Of a stretch of DNA of 49,009 nt, positions 36,079-44,743 are shown one piece after another. The position numbers and the translations under genes were made by a program. Each line of letters opens with the position of its first letter. The first letter of the stretch is position 1. The notes beneath the pieces were generated by a model that saw only the letters and a program-made list of their open reading frames with translations, made no database searches and was not told the DNA's origin. This DNA comes from an archaeon (lineage in GTDB: Archaea > Nanobdellota > Nanobdellia > Pacearchaeales > GW2011-AR1): positions 1 to 49,009 of the forward strand of contig JBDROH010000019.1 in assembly GCA_043810285.1 (NCBI GenBank), written 5' to 3'.

Positions 36079-36333
36079 ATGGAAATCAAAATTCTAAAAG
36101 ATGAAAAGAACGAATTGGATGTTGAAATCGGTAGTCTGACAATCGCGGAAGTTCTTAGAGTTTATCTTAATAAATCTGGAGCAAAATTGGCAGCTTGGAG
36201 AAGAGACCATCCAACTAAGAATCCTGTTCTGCATATCGAAGGAGATAATCCAAAAAAGATTTTAAAAAGTGCAATCGCAATGCTCGAAAAAGAAATTGAT
36301 GATGCCGTAGATGAGTTCAAGAAATTGAAATAG
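36079..36333 (+). CDS. rpoL: RNA polymerase subunit L (Rpo11)
   Basis: An 84-aa protein. ELDVEIGSLTIAEVLRVYL...AAWRRDHPTKNPVLHIEG fits the RpoL pattern. The ATG at 36079 is preferred over the ORF-track start. Confidence 0.7.
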   Translation: MEIKILKDEKNELDVEIGSLTIAEVLRVYLNKSGAKLAAWRRDHPTKNPVLHIEGDNPKKILKSAIAMLEKEIDDAVDEFKKLK

Positions 36334-36339
36334 TTCTAA

Positions 36340-36549
36340 TTAAATAACCCACTTAATTCCTTTGAATTTGTGTTTTGTAGAAATCAAAACCAAATCAACT
36401 ATCCACCAAACTCCAAATCCGCCAAAAGTAATTAACTTTAAGATTCCGGTTCCAACCTTACCCATGATAAATCTATCAACACCAAATTGTCCAAAAACTG
36501 CAGACATAACCAAAACTAGGACCCAATTAACACGCCTCTCTTTCACCAT
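36340..36549 (-). CDS. TM2-domain membrane protein
   Basis: FGQFGVDRFIMGKVGTGILKLITFGGFGVWWIVDL. Confidence 0.7.
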   Translation of the reverse strand: MVKERRVNWVLVLVMSAVFGQFGVDRFIMGKVGTGILKLITFGGFGVWWIVDLVLISTKHKFKGIKWVI

Positions 36550-36601
36550 ATAATCTCATGCTTTTAGATTATATAAATCCTTTTAACTACTGAAAAATTA
36601 A

Positions 36602-37348
36602 ATGTATATGATTACCGAGAAAAAAATCTCAGCAGGTTCATTTGAATTGAATAAATTTCTAGCAGGAGGCTATGAATCAGATATCATTACAACCCTTTAT
36701 GGTTCGGGGGGTTCAGGGAAATCAAATTTTTGTATACTCGTAGCGACATCACAGGCACGAAAAGGGAACAAGATAATTTTTATAGACACCGAAGGAGGTT
36801 TTTCTTCGGATAGGTTTAAACAGATTCATCAAGGAACGAAAGAAGAAATTGAAAAAGATTTACAAAACATTTTATTACTGAAACCGACCTCTTTCGCTGA
36901 ACAGGAAAAGGATTTTCAAAAGCTATTATTTCACGTAAAACGGGGGGATGTTTCTTTAATCATAATAGATTCTATTGCTATGCTTTACCGGCTCGAACTT
37001 GGCGACGCAATAACTTCGAAAGATAATGAGAAAATTTCTGAAGTTAATCGGAAACTCGCAAAGCAATTAAGGTCGTTAAACGAAATTGCGAGGAAACAAA
37101 ACATTCCAGTTATTGTTACAAATCAGGTTTACTCGACATTCACTCAAAATAGCGATGACCAAAATTTTGAAAGAAAAGTTTCAATGGTCGGTGGTGACCT
37201 TCTCAAATATTGGAGTAAGTGTTTAATTGAACTTCAAGAATTCGGGGGAAAAAGAAAAATCGTCCTCAGAAAACATCGGAGTTTGCCAGTTAAGGAATTG
37301 GTATTTGAAATTGTGAATGAGGGGATTCGGAAGCGGGGAATTTTTTAG
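36602..37348 (+). CDS. radB: RadB-type RecA-family recombinase paralogue (no N-terminal HhH domain)
   Basis: LNKFLAGGYESDIITTLYGSGGSGKSNF (Walker A), IIFIDTEGGF, LIIIDSI (Walker B). Confidence 0.8.
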   Translation: MYMITEKKISAGSFELNKFLAGGYESDIITTLYGSGGSGKSNFCILVATSQARKGNKIIFIDTEGGFSSDRFKQIHQGTKEEIEKDLQNILLLKPTSFAEQEKDFQKLLFHVKRGDVSLIIIDSIAMLYRLELGDAITSKDNEKISEVNRKLAKQLRSLNEIARKQNIPVIVTNQVYSTFTQNSDDQNFERKVSMVGGDLLKYWSKCLIELQEFGGKRKIVLRKHRSLPVKELVFEIVNEGIRKRGIF

Positions 37349-37402
37349 ATATATACGTTATGAGGTAATAATCCTTATAAATTGGGTTCTTTTTGTTTTT
37401 CA

Positions 37403-38407
37403 ATGGTAGATATGACGAAGATAGCAATTATAGGTTATGGGAATATAGGTCGAAGCGTGTATAAGGCAATTGAAAGAAATCCCGACACAACTCTTGTTGG
37501 AATAGTTTCAAGAAATCCGTCTCGTGTTAGAAATGAAGTTAGTAATACAACAAATATTTATTCTACGCAATTAGTTTTAAAGGGGTATGAAGTAGTTCCT
37601 GCAGATGTAGCTATTTTATGTGGTGGTTCGAAAAAAGATTTGCCAGTACAAGGCCCTGCTTTTGCTGAATTTTTTAACACAGTAGATAGTTTTGATACTC
37701 ACTCAAATATCTCACAATATTTTGCAGACATGCAAGAAGTTGCAAAAAATTATAGACACACTTCGATAGTTTGTGCAGGATGGGATCCTGGGACGTTTTC
37801 AGTAAATAGAATTTTAGCAGATACATTTATTCCAGGATGTGTCCCAAAAGGATTTTATGGGTTGGGTCCGAAAGGCGGATTAAGCATGGGGCATTCTGAT
37901 GCTGTAAGGAGTATAAAGGGAGTTTTGGATGCAAGGCAGTATACTCACGCAATCCCTGAAGCTATAGCAAGAATTAGAAATGGAGAGAATTCTTTATTGA
38001 AACCTGAGGAGATGCACACTAGAGAAGTCTATGTAGTTGCAAAGGAAAATGCGAATAGGAGAAAAATAGAAAATGAAATAAGAAATATGCCTACCTATTT
38101 TGCGAATCATGATGTAACGATAAATTTCGTTTCTCAAGAAGAACTCAATAAAAATCACCAGGGTATGCCTCATGATGGGAAAGTTATTGCGGTTGGGAAA
38201 ACGACAGATAATAATAAGGCAACTATAGAATATTCTAATACTTGGGAAAGTAATCCTGAAGCAACGGCGAATATTTTGGTTGCTTGTGCCCGGGCCGCAA
38301 AAAAACTTAATCTTGAAGGAAGGACTGGTGCTTTCACAATGGCGGATCTTGCTCCATCGGATTTGAGTCCCAGATCTCGAGAAGATCTTTTGAAAAATTT
38401 TATGTAA
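37403..38407 (+). CDS. ddh: meso-diaminopimelate D-dehydrogenase-like oxidoreductase
   Basis: Rossmann motif KIAIIGYGNIGR. The CAGWDPGTFS, GLSMGHSDA and MPHDG contexts resemble Ddh as I remember it. Confidence 0.7.
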   Translation: MVDMTKIAIIGYGNIGRSVYKAIERNPDTTLVGIVSRNPSRVRNEVSNTTNIYSTQLVLKGYEVVPADVAILCGGSKKDLPVQGPAFAEFFNTVDSFDTHSNISQYFADMQEVAKNYRHTSIVCAGWDPGTFSVNRILADTFIPGCVPKGFYGLGPKGGLSMGHSDAVRSIKGVLDARQYTHAIPEAIARIRNGENSLLKPEEMHTREVYVVAKENANRRKIENEIRNMPTYFANHDVTINFVSQEELNKNHQGMPHDGKVIAVGKTTDNNKATIEYSNTWESNPEATANILVACARAAKKLNLEGRTGAFTMADLAPSDLSPRSREDLLKNFM

Positions 38408-38459
38408 TATGGCTAGATTTATCCTACCTCCAGAAATAGAATCATCTTGAATGAATTTT

Positions 38460-39320
38460 TTAGATGTTTGGAATTTCTACAAGGGAGACTAATTTTTTAA
38501 TAATTTCTAATTTTTGTTTTTTCAAATAATGACGAACTGCTTTATCTCCTACAATGAGTGACTGGTGAGGTTCATAATCGTAGCTTATAGCAGGCCCAAA
38601 TGTTAGTCCTCTTTGTATTGGAGAAAAAATATCGATATAAATCCCTTCCGGCCGATTATTTTTAAGAAGTGCATATTTTCCTTTTTGTAGAAGACTAATA
38701 ATTTTTTTTACTGTATTATTTGATTTGTATTCAGAAATTTTTAAAAACTCATTAATGAAATTGTCCAAGTGTAAATTAGTTTCGGCATTTTTCCATCCAT
38801 CGCTTTTTCTAAAAATTTTTAAATTAAATGTAACTGCCTCCACAGATCTTTCAGGCATCCGAATAGAATAAGTAATTGGTTGTAACCTCCCTAAAAAGAT
38901 ACTCCCTTCTTCATATTTTTTATGGAAAACTCCAGAAAAATTGCAACCCGCACTATTCTCTAAAATTAATTGACCAGAATATTTTGAAAGATTGATAAAA
39001 AATTTCTCGATACTTTTTATTTTTTTGCTGGCTTCAGAACCATAATGATAAAATGTGTAATCTAAGAAATTATTTTCTAGTTGCACTTTTTTATCCATTA
39101 AATTTCTAGCATATTTAACTGACTCATTTAAGTTTTTCCTATCTGACTCAAGACAGTTTTCATCATACTTGATTCTTTGAGCTTCTTTTGAAATCCTTAA
39201 ATCTTCCTCTAAAATAGTTTTAACTTTTTCTTCTAATTCTGCAGACTTGCTTTTTCCTATTAAATTCAAAATTAGATTATCCTTATAAAAATTATTATAC
39301 TCTAACGTATATCTCTTCAT
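38460..39320 (-). CDS. hypothetical protein, translationally coupled to topA
   Basis: A 286-aa ORF with a 4-nt ATGA overlap with the topA stop. Confidence 0.5.
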   Translation of the reverse strand: MKRYTLEYNNFYKDNLILNLIGKSKSAELEEKVKTILEEDLRISKEAQRIKYDENCLESDRKNLNESVKYARNLMDKKVQLENNFLDYTFYHYGSEASKKIKSIEKFFINLSKYSGQLILENSAGCNFSGVFHKKYEEGSIFLGRLQPITYSIRMPERSVEAVTFNLKIFRKSDGWKNAETNLHLDNFINEFLKISEYKSNNTVKKIISLLQKGKYALLKNNRPEGIYIDIFSPIQRGLTFGPAISYDYEPHQSLIVGDKAVRHYLKKQKLEIIKKLVSLVEIPNI

Positions 39321-41527
39321 TTCTTAATTTTCTTTTTCTTCACCAATTCCTTCTTTTCTTCCTTGCCATGATCCACAACTTTCCCATCTACAAATTCAAT
39401 CTCTCCACTAGCTAGTTTAGCTTTGAACTCTGCTTTCTTCTTCATAGCTTCTTCATTTGTTTTACATTCTGGATTAAAGCAAAATCTCCAAGGAGCACCG
39501 CCTTTCTTGAAGGCAGCAACTTTCGGAAAACCACATTCATCACATACTTCTAAAGCTCCCTCTTCCAAGCCTGCTTCTTCTGAAGCTTTCTTAGATATTC
39601 GAGCAGGTTTCATCATTCCTCTAGGTGGCAACGAATAAATTGTCTTACATTCGGGATAAGCATCACACGAAACAAAATACCTCGAATATCTTTTCCCATA
39701 CATGATTCGCAATTTTCCTTTATGACAAACCGGACATTCGGACATCGTGTTCGCTTCTCTCTCTTGCTCCCAAACAACAGCGTTTGCATCTGCTAAACAT
39801 TTCCCCATTGCATCCAAGTTTTCATTCATACTTTTAGCAATTTTGCTAACTGCCTCTTTAGCTTCATTTAAAATTTCTTCTTCTTGTTCTTTAAAATCTT
39901 TTTTCGAAACTTCAATTTTTTCTAACTCTTTCGTCATTTTTTTAGTCATCTTCTCATCTAAGATAATCGGCGAATATTTTTCCAATGTTTCAACCAGACG
40001 CATTCCTAATTCTGTAACTTCAATACTTTTCTCTCGAGCATAACCTCTTGAATAAAGTGTTTCAACAATCTCGGACCTCGTGGCTTTAGTCCCAAGTCCT
40101 CTTTTCTCAAGTTCTTTTACAAGCGAAGCTGCAGAATATCTTCTAGGGGGCTGGGTTTCTTTTTCTTCTGTTCGAATTTCTAAAACATCTACTTCCCCTT
40201 CTACCGTTGGGACTTTTGATTCTTTAATCGAACTTGGGTAAACATTCATCCAACCCTTATCTTTAATCTGTACACCTTTTGCCCCGAAATCCAAACCATT
40301 AACAATTACATTAATTTTTTTGTTCTCAACTTTTACAGGATTACAAAAACACGAAATAAATCTCTTTACGATTAAATCATAAATCTTCTTATCAACTTCA
40401 GAAATTTTCTTAATCTCTCCAGTGGGATAAATTGCTGGATGTGCTGGGTCAGTTTTCTTTCCCTCCGTCGGAATCTTATTTACGGCATATTTAACTTGCG
40501 TAGTATATTTTTTTAACATCTTCAAAATTTTGTCATAACCAATTGCAGGAGGGTATTTCTGACTCGAAGTTCTTGGATATGAAATCATTCCCATAAGATA
40601 AAGTTTCTGTGCAACCTTCAAGGTTTGTGATGGAGTGAACCCGTTATTTCTGTAAGCTTCTGTTTGTAATGTTGTTAAATCAAAAGGAACTGGAGCCGCG
40701 ACAATTTCTTCTTTTATCGTCGTAGTCGCATCTCCTTTCTTCCCTTGCAGATATTTAAATTTTAAAAGTTCACTTTTCTCAAAAATATCCCTTGGATGCC
40801 TAACGTCTACCTTTTGATTCTTAATATCTTTAACCTGCAAAAAAATCTGCCAATAAGGTTCTGACTTAAATTCATTAATCTCTTTTTCTCTATCTGCAAT
40901 AATTTTTAAGGCAGGACCTTGGACTCGCCCAATAGATAAAATTCTGAATGTTCCCGTCGAAGATAATGCCTTCATCAAACCCCTAGATAAATTAATCCCA
41001 TAAAACCAGTCAATATAATGTCGTGTCTCTCCAGCAATCGCAGCCCCCCAATTTAATGTCGGTAGCAGAGCTGCAAAACTTTCGTCTAGTGCTTCTTTAG
41101 TTAAAGAAGAAAATTTCATTCTCTTGGCATCCTTTTGATTACAAATAAATCTTATAATGTTCCAACCGATAACTTCTCCTTCAACATCAAAGTCTGTTGC
41201 TACGATAAACTCGTCGGCTTCCTTCGCTAGTTTTTTTAATGTTGTTAAATATTTTTTTGTAAAAGCTCCACGTCCTTTCTGGTATGCTGGTTGCCACTCA
41301 ACTTCAAAATTTGGAAATGGTCCTCTTTTCGCAATCTGTTGAATTCCAAATAAATGACCGACCGCACACCCGACAATATATTTTCTAGCCCCTTTATAGA
41401 ATTCATAATAATTAATTCCATCTTTTGTTATAATTTTCTCGTCGGTTGCACCACTTAATGCTGCCGCTATTTTTTCTGCTGCTGCTGGTTTCTCCGTAAT
41501 GATTAATGTGGTATTTTCCTTTGTCAT
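39317..41527 (-). CDS. topA: DNA topoisomerase, type IA, with C-terminal zinc ribbons
   Basis: TOPRIM LIITEKPAAAEKIA and DFDVEGE. Active-site Tyr context ISYPRTSSQKY. Zn ribbons CPVCHKG...CDAYPEC and CDECG...CFNPEC. Confidence 0.9.
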   Translation of the reverse strand: MTKENTTLIITEKPAAAEKIAAALSGATDEKIITKDGINYYEFYKGARKYIVGCAVGHLFGIQQIAKRGPFPNFEVEWQPAYQKGRGAFTKKYLTTLKKLAKEADEFIVATDFDVEGEVIGWNIIRFICNQKDAKRMKFSSLTKEALDESFAALLPTLNWGAAIAGETRHYIDWFYGINLSRGLMKALSSTGTFRILSIGRVQGPALKIIADREKEINEFKSEPYWQIFLQVKDIKNQKVDVRHPRDIFEKSELLKFKYLQGKKGDATTTIKEEIVAAPVPFDLTTLQTEAYRNNGFTPSQTLKVAQKLYLMGMISYPRTSSQKYPPAIGYDKILKMLKKYTTQVKYAVNKIPTEGKKTDPAHPAIYPTGEIKKISEVDKKIYDLIVKRFISCFCNPVKVENKKINVIVNGLDFGAKGVQIKDKGWMNVYPSSIKESKVPTVEGEVDVLEIRTEEKETQPPRRYSAASLVKELEKRGLGTKATRSEIVETLYSRGYAREKSIEVTELGMRLVETLEKYSPIILDEKMTKKMTKELEKIEVSKKDFKEQEEEILNEAKEAVSKIAKSMNENLDAMGKCLADANAVVWEQEREANTMSECPVCHKGKLRIMYGKRYSRYFVSCDAYPECKTIYSLPPRGMMKPARISKKASEEAGLEEGALEVCDECGFPKVAAFKKGGAPWRFCFNPECKTNEEAMKKKAEFKAKLASGEIEFVDGKVVDHGKEEKKELVKKKKIKK

Positions 41528-41548
41528 AATTAAATGTTGTCAGGGGGC

Positions 41549-41560
41549 TTTTTATATTTT
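41549..41560 (-). promoter_or_regulatory. TATA-like box (aaaatataaaaag on the minus strand) ~27 nt upstream of the topA ATG
   Basis: Sequence and spacing only. Confidence 0.4.
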
Positions 41561-41629
41561 CATACTAGCTTCTGTTTGATAGATTTTATTATAATCAAAA
41601 TATTTTATTGACAACCCATCTAGAAATAA

Positions 41630-42292
41630 TTATTCTTCTGCGGGTTCACTCGCTAAAAAAGCCCACCAAGGTTTTTGAATTCTTATAACCTCTCCATTTT
41701 CTGCATCTATCTGTGCTTGGACCTGCATTCTTGCATTGAACAATCCGAAGATTTTTGATTGTCTTTGTGTTTTCAATTCATAAGCAAGTTTTAATTGTTC
41801 GCCTTGGCCGACTTCTTTCAATTCTAGATTGCATCCTTCTTCTTCTACGCAGTTTTTAATTCTTAATCTCTGTAATGCCGTTTCAGAAGCTGTGTTTGGC
41901 ATAACTTTGATTTCTGCATTCATCCCATTACTTAATTTTGTTTCCAATCTTGTTTTATTTTGAACTTGTGTTTGAGTTAGATTAAGACCGGAAGTTACTC
42001 CAACTCCACCAACTTCTAATCGTATTCTATTATTAGATTGTTGTTGAATTTTCATTTGCTGTCCACTTTCTCCGGTATAATTTCCATCCATAACTCTATA
42101 TCTATTTTGTAGATTAGTTTCTTCTCCTTGATTTTGGACATCTGCTTCTAATCCTTGCCCAGTTCCTTGTCCTCCTTCTTTAATTTCAGAGTTACTCATT
42201 CCAGTTTCAAGATTATCAGCACCAGGTCCTTGTGCTACTACAAAACCCATAAGAAATATTCCCACCAATAAAAATAATGTTATCTTTTTCAT
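41630..42292 (-). CDS. secreted Gln/Asn/Gly-rich protein with a conserved-looking C-terminal module
   Basis: Signal peptide MKKITLFLLVGIFLMGFVVAQG. C-terminus FGLFNARMQVQAQIDAENGEVIRIQKPWWAFLA (PepSY-like feel, unverified). Confidence 0.5.
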   Translation of the reverse strand: MKKITLFLLVGIFLMGFVVAQGPGADNLETGMSNSEIKEGGQGTGQGLEADVQNQGEETNLQNRYRVMDGNYTGESGQQMKIQQQSNNRIRLEVGGVGVTSGLNLTQTQVQNKTRLETKLSNGMNAEIKVMPNTASETALQRLRIKNCVEEEGCNLELKEVGQGEQLKLAYELKTQRQSKIFGLFNARMQVQAQIDAENGEVIRIQKPWWAFLASEPAEE

Positions 42293-42392
42293 ATAATTAT
42301 TAAATCCCTCTATTATTTAAATGTTTTGACTCACGCCACTAAAAAGAAGATTATTTAAACAAACAATCATCTAGGTATTGAGAGAGGTTAAT

Positions 42393-43154
42393 ATGAAAAT
42401 TAAAATTAAACACGTTTTGTTCTTGGCAGTTTTAGTGTCGTTTCTAGCATCTTATTTTTTTCCAGGAGTTGGGGATGATGTTATGGTTCAAAATTCGATA
42501 ACGTTCATTGGAATCCTTTTTGGTATAATTGTAGGATTTTTTATTGCGGATTTATATTCAAGATATCAGGGAATAAGAGCTAACGCTGGGACTGATTCTA
42601 GCTGTTTATCTACGTTTTATTTTTTCGCGAAGATTTTAGCAAATGAAACTAAGAATAAACAATGGTTGAATGATGTAGAAAAAAGAATTCATAATTATGT
42701 TAACAAATTTATGCCGCTTCCTTGGGAAAGATATTCTGAAACTGAAAAAGAATTTTCTGATTTGGGTAAGTCTCTTGAAGAACTGAAATATTCTGGAGAG
42801 AAAGCAAACGAAACTTATTCTAATCTCTTGAATGTGTATAATCAACATTCTGAAGCAAGGGAAAAGTTGGTTATGTTCGGGCAAGATAAACTTTCGTGGG
42901 GAGAATGGTTGATTACTTTCTTTTTGGGGGGTTTATTGCTAGCCTCCTTATTTTATGTTAAAGATACCTCTTCAGTATCTGTACTTTTTACAGGAGCGAT
43001 TACCTCGGCAATCCTTCTCCTATTTATGGTTTTAAGAGACTTGAATAATCTTAATTTTGGAGAGAATATCGTTTCGATAGAACCTTATGAAAGAGTTTTG
43101 GATGCGATTGGGAAACCAAGATATTACAAGACTAAAAGAGAAGCAGTATTTTAA
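42393..43154 (+). CDS. hypothetical membrane protein (2+2 TM segments flanking a soluble helical region)
   Basis: ORF. The ATG at 42393 follows gagagg (42382-42387), which is preferred over the TTG at 42378. Confidence 0.5.
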   Translation: MKIKIKHVLFLAVLVSFLASYFFPGVGDDVMVQNSITFIGILFGIIVGFFIADLYSRYQGIRANAGTDSSCLSTFYFFAKILANETKNKQWLNDVEKRIHNYVNKFMPLPWERYSETEKEFSDLGKSLEELKYSGEKANETYSNLLNVYNQHSEAREKLVMFGQDKLSWGEWLITFFLGGLLLASLFYVKDTSSVSVLFTGAITSAILLLFMVLRDLNNLNFGENIVSIEPYERVLDAIGKPRYYKTKREAVF

Positions 43155-43315
43155 TTATGGGGTTGGTTTTGAGATTTTATCTCGAGGTATCTTAAAAATT
43201 TTGCTCCAGTCTCTTTAATATAAAAATTTTGAAATAAACTCCTGTTGAAATAATCAAAAGATTAGTAATCTATTTAAAGATAGAATAAATATATTCAATT
43301 AAAGGATGTGTTGTT

Positions 43316-44065
43316 ATGAAGTTAAAAAATAAAGTTGCTATTGTTACTGGTTCAAGAAGGGGCATCGGTAAGTCTATAGCCCTTGAGCTAGCAAAAGAGG
43401 GAGCAAAAGTTGTAGTTTCTGATATTGACCTGAAAGAGTGTCAAAAAGTTTGTGATGAAATAAAAAAGATTGGTTCCGACACAATTGCCATAAAGTGTGA
43501 TGTTTCTAAAAAAACAGATGTAGACACAATGATAAAAAAGGCGATACAAAAATTCAAGAAAATAGATATCCTAGTTAATAATGCCGGAGTTGTTTCAATG
43601 AAACCTTTTATCGAGATGACAGAAAAGGACTGGGATTTTGTCTTAGATATAAACTTAAAGGGAGTCTTTCTGTGCACAAGTGCCGTAGCAAAACAAATGA
43701 TTAAACAAAAAAGCGGAAAAATAATTTCAATAAGTTCTATAGCTGGAGAGGTAGGATTTATGAATACGTCTGCTTATTGTGCATCTAAGGCAGGAGTTGT
43801 AAACTTGACAAGAGAGCTTGCGATGGAATTATCTCCCCACAATATTAATGTTAATTCAATAGCCCCGGGTATAATTGCTACCCAAATGACTGAGGATATG
43901 TTAAAAGATAAAAAGACAAAAGAGGTTTTGTTAGCAAGTATTCCCCTTGGCAGAGTTGGTCAACCAGAAGAAATAGGTAAAGCTGCAGTTTTTTTAGCTT
44001 CGAGTGATTCAGATTTTGTAACAGGGCATACTTTGGTTGTCGATGGTGGTTGGTTAACTCACTAG
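43316..44065 (+). CDS. short-chain dehydrogenase/reductase (FabG-like)
   Basis: TGSRRGIGKS cofactor motif, NNAG, and catalytic YCASK. Confidence 0.85.
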   Translation: MKLKNKVAIVTGSRRGIGKSIALELAKEGAKVVVSDIDLKECQKVCDEIKKIGSDTIAIKCDVSKKTDVDTMIKKAIQKFKKIDILVNNAGVVSMKPFIEMTEKDWDFVLDINLKGVFLCTSAVAKQMIKQKSGKIISISSIAGEVGFMNTSAYCASKAGVVNLTRELAMELSPHNINVNSIAPGIIATQMTEDMLKDKKTKEVLLASIPLGRVGQPEEIGKAAVFLASSDSDFVTGHTLVVDGGWLTH

Positions 44066-44107
44066 AGAACACAATATCTAACTATCCCCATTTATTTCAC
44101 AACCTTT

Positions 44108-44698
44108 CTAAATCTCTAAAATTTTTCCTCGCCGACCAACTTGCACAACCCTAGTCTTATCAATTTTATCTTCAATTCCTTCCCCTTCATGAATATGTGC
44201 AGATATCAATAAATCGGGTTTAAAGTATTCAACGGCTTTCCTCAAGATTTTATCTCCAGGAATTCCAGAAAATTCTGCCTTAGTTCCCTTCGCATGTAGG
44301 TGTGAAACCAAAACTCTTTTCTTGGATTTCATTCGTTCAAAATTCTGTTTTATGTTTTCTAAGTCTTCTTTGTCTAAATCTAATTTCCAGTTTGGGTTTC
44401 CAATTCCTGCGATTCCAACTTCCCCATAAGTCACATAATAATTATGGATATTTTTCCCATTCCTCGCTAACATTGCACACTCTTCATCAAACTCGCAGTT
44501 CCCCGGAATAAAAATAACTTTTTGGTTTGCCTTTATGAATGGCTCCAAAATTTTTCCGTCTCCTTTAGCATATCCATATATATCTCCCGCTAAGACAACT
44601 AAGTCTACCTTGCCTTTCTTTGCTTTTTCTGAAAGTTTAGTTGCTATGTCTACATTTCCGTGCAAATCCGCCGCAGCCAAAATCTTTAATTTTTTCAT
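44108..44698 (-). CDS. metallophosphoesterase (calcineurin-like, MJ0936/YfcE-like)
   Basis: ILAAADLHGN, VVLAGDI, PGNCE, SHLH and SAHIHEG motifs. The ATG at 44698 is preferred over the GTG at 44719. Confidence 0.7.
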   Translation of the reverse strand: MKKLKILAAADLHGNVDIATKLSEKAKKGKVDLVVLAGDIYGYAKGDGKILEPFIKANQKVIFIPGNCEFDEECAMLARNGKNIHNYYVTYGEVGIAGIGNPNWKLDLDKEDLENIKQNFERMKSKKRVLVSHLHAKGTKAEFSGIPGDKILRKAVEYFKPDLLISAHIHEGEGIEDKIDKTRVVQVGRRGKILEI

Positions 44699-44743
44699 CG
44701 TAGAATATCTAATCAACACTTTTTTAAATAACTTTTTGTTTGG

